In this document: piece by piece, positions 62,205 to 64,000 of the stretch
Layout of the letters: each line of letters starts with the position of its first letter
How positions within the stretch are numbered: the first letter of the stretch is position 1
NCBI GenBank assembly: GCA_009859145.1
Contig: VRVR01000005.1
Span: 426,153 to 490,152, forward strand
Source: Andalucia godoyi And28
Taxonomy: Eukaryota; Protista; Jakobida
Direction: 5' to 3'
DNA: 64,000 nucleotides
Translations under genes and position numbers: made by a program
The notes under the pieces: model-generated
Databases searched by the model: none
Told to the model about the DNA's origin: nothing
What the model saw: the letters and a program-made list of their open reading frames with translations, nothing else

Positions 62205-63287
62205 TTAAATTGCTTTATCATATCGCAATAAGTGGCAATGGGATGGGTGATGGTGTCTCGATCTGCGTCGAGATCTCGTGGAGACTCGAATCTCCCCTGT
62301 CGGCGTTTGCGGAAGTGTTCCATCAGAAGGTTCCATATGAATGACCCCGTTAAGGAACACTCGGTTTCGAAGATGCAGAACCCCGACGTACAATATCTGC
62401 AGAGCACAGTCGATGGAGCAGCTGTTGTTTCTGTTGGAATAACCGACGACTGCTCCACGCCCGATGGTGCTGTTCAGTGTGCTCTGGATGTCAGGTGTGC
62501 CCAAGGCCTGACTGGTCCTCTCCACCTGCAGCGCGAGTGCTGCCATCGTGTTGCTTCGCTGTGGCAGAGGCTCTCCATTCCTTTTCGGCAGCCCCATAAG
62601 ACTTCGCTCGTGTGCAGATAGGGAGTCCTCTGCCAGGCTTCCTGCTGCGAGTTTTTCCTTGTATTCAGTCGGGAGAAGCTCTGGATAGAGTGTTCGAGGA
62701 CTGGTTCCAAACACAAATCGGTACGGCATCTCGTTAGTTGCCTCGCTTACAGCGCAGTTGATTGAATAAGCAATGCTTGGCAGCCAAAGTGGCCAATCGG
62801 TGGTTCTGCCGGTTGTCGCCACCAATGCTCGTAGACGGTAGGTGGCTACCTTATTTGCGTTTTCCACGGAGCCTTGGCTTTCAGGGTGATACGGGGAGCC
62901 ATTGATTACAGCTATTGTTTTCGGGGCCCACGCCGCAGCGACAAGTCGTATTACCTCAGCAGTGAATTCCTTGCTGTTGTCAGACTGCAAAATCTCCGGT
63001 GGCCCGAACAGGGAGACCGCCAAAAGCGACGATTTTTTTGGACATACACAGAGATCTTGTTGTGAAGGTTCCATATGTTCAGAATTGCCTCTTGGTAATG
63101 GGTAGTAACAGAGAACCCAGCAGAAATGCGCAGCCATGTGAAATCGAGTTCGCCTAAAACCGACTTCGGTCGTCTCAGTTACCGTAAGCATCAGACTAGC
63201 TATCTCGGGAGTCGTCCTGGTTGCGGCCGAAGACGAGAAGAAACAACCTGGGCAAACGCCTTTATAGATTGAAGAAGGCTTGTCCAC
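62205..63287 (-). mobile_element. Decayed retroviral-type (rve, DDE) integrase ORF, Ginger/KRBA2/Polinton-like
   Basis: FGPPEILQSDNSKEF, GSPYHPESQGSVENANK, WPLWLPSIAYSIN and MPYRFVFG. The first catalytic Asp region is not recognisable in frame. Confidence 0.8.
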
Positions 63288-63301
63288 AACAAGAGGGTGG
63301 T

Positions 63302-64000
63302 TCAGTCGATCTCAGTGGGGTCTATACTCAAGGATGTTGTTCCAGCAAGCGACGGCAGGCGAAGATGAGAGCGCGCCTCCTGCAGCACATCTCGGTACCA
63401 AGACAATCCACTTGCATTCCGCGGATGGGATTCAGTTCCCGATGAATCGAATGCAACACGCGATGAGCTGACCATGAGATCGAGCTGCGGAGACTTGGAA
63501 CTTTCTCTATCAGATCGGTAGCTTTCCAAAAAGGACATTTGCGGAGTGGCAACGCGCTGGCCGGCAATGCTGATGCTGGGCAACCGCATTAACGACTTGT
63601 ACACTCGAATGGTCTCCACTGCATTGTCATTTGATGCGGCATTGCGGTTGAGAGCCTTGGCGAGAACCGCAGAGGCTTGCAATGTGCGTGTGTCACCTCC
63701 AGGATGCTCCGCAGAAGCAATCGGACTCATTTCGGTTGCGTCTGTGGGCGGGGAAAAAGATGGATCATGATCCCGCGGATTCACCACTGCAGAGACAGCC
63801 TTGGAATCAGACGAGGGTGGATCCGAATGCGACACAGCCTCCGCGCTTGCCGAAAGCCGTTTAGCAAACTTGGAAGAGCTCGTTTGCAAGGATGGGTTTA
63901 ATTTTCGATCGAGAATGGGAGAGTACGAAGGAATTAGTCTTGAAAAAGGAGACGGGGCAGCGGCATGCAGAGCGTCGCGAGGATCATCCGCATGCTGCAA
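63302..64000 (-). other. Ser-rich open frame running off the window edge, possibly the upstream part of the integrase element
   Basis: 232 codons open, ending just upstream of the integrase ORF. No domain recognised. Confidence 0.3.

Overview
This is a gene-dense, very intron-poor eukaryotic nuclear window. About 27 protein-coding genes are separated by short AT-rich or (CT/GA)n-rich spacers, and only two spliceosomal introns could be resolved, both in EIPR1. The housekeeping set includes PRP8, importin-5, INTS11, UTP4, UBA52, HMG-CoA synthase, complex I NDUFV1, SPP, beta-mannosidase, ABCG, a REP/GDI-family protein, CHMP7, ZUP1 and CCDC25. A radial-spoke-like MORN protein and a mitochondrion-targeted EF-P point to an aerobic, probably flagellated protist with a bacteria-like mitochondrial translation system. 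A jakobid-like lineage is a guess and cannot be established from this sequence. The most notable signals are in the last 20 kb. (1) Four decayed TnpB/Fanzor2-like remnants lie at about 44.6, 53.3, 56.8 and 61.9 kb, mostly invisible in the ORF track. Two of them share a non-coding 3' module with a predicted pseudoknot and hairpins, a candidate omegaRNA scaffold and right end. (2) A Nudix hydrolase domain is fused to a Trm3/TARBP1 tRNA 2'-O-methyltransferase. (3) A decayed rve integrase is followed by a USP-like Cys-box. (4) There is a bacterial-type secreted glycoside-hydrolase-like gene. All homology calls come from motif recognition by eye; no searches were run.
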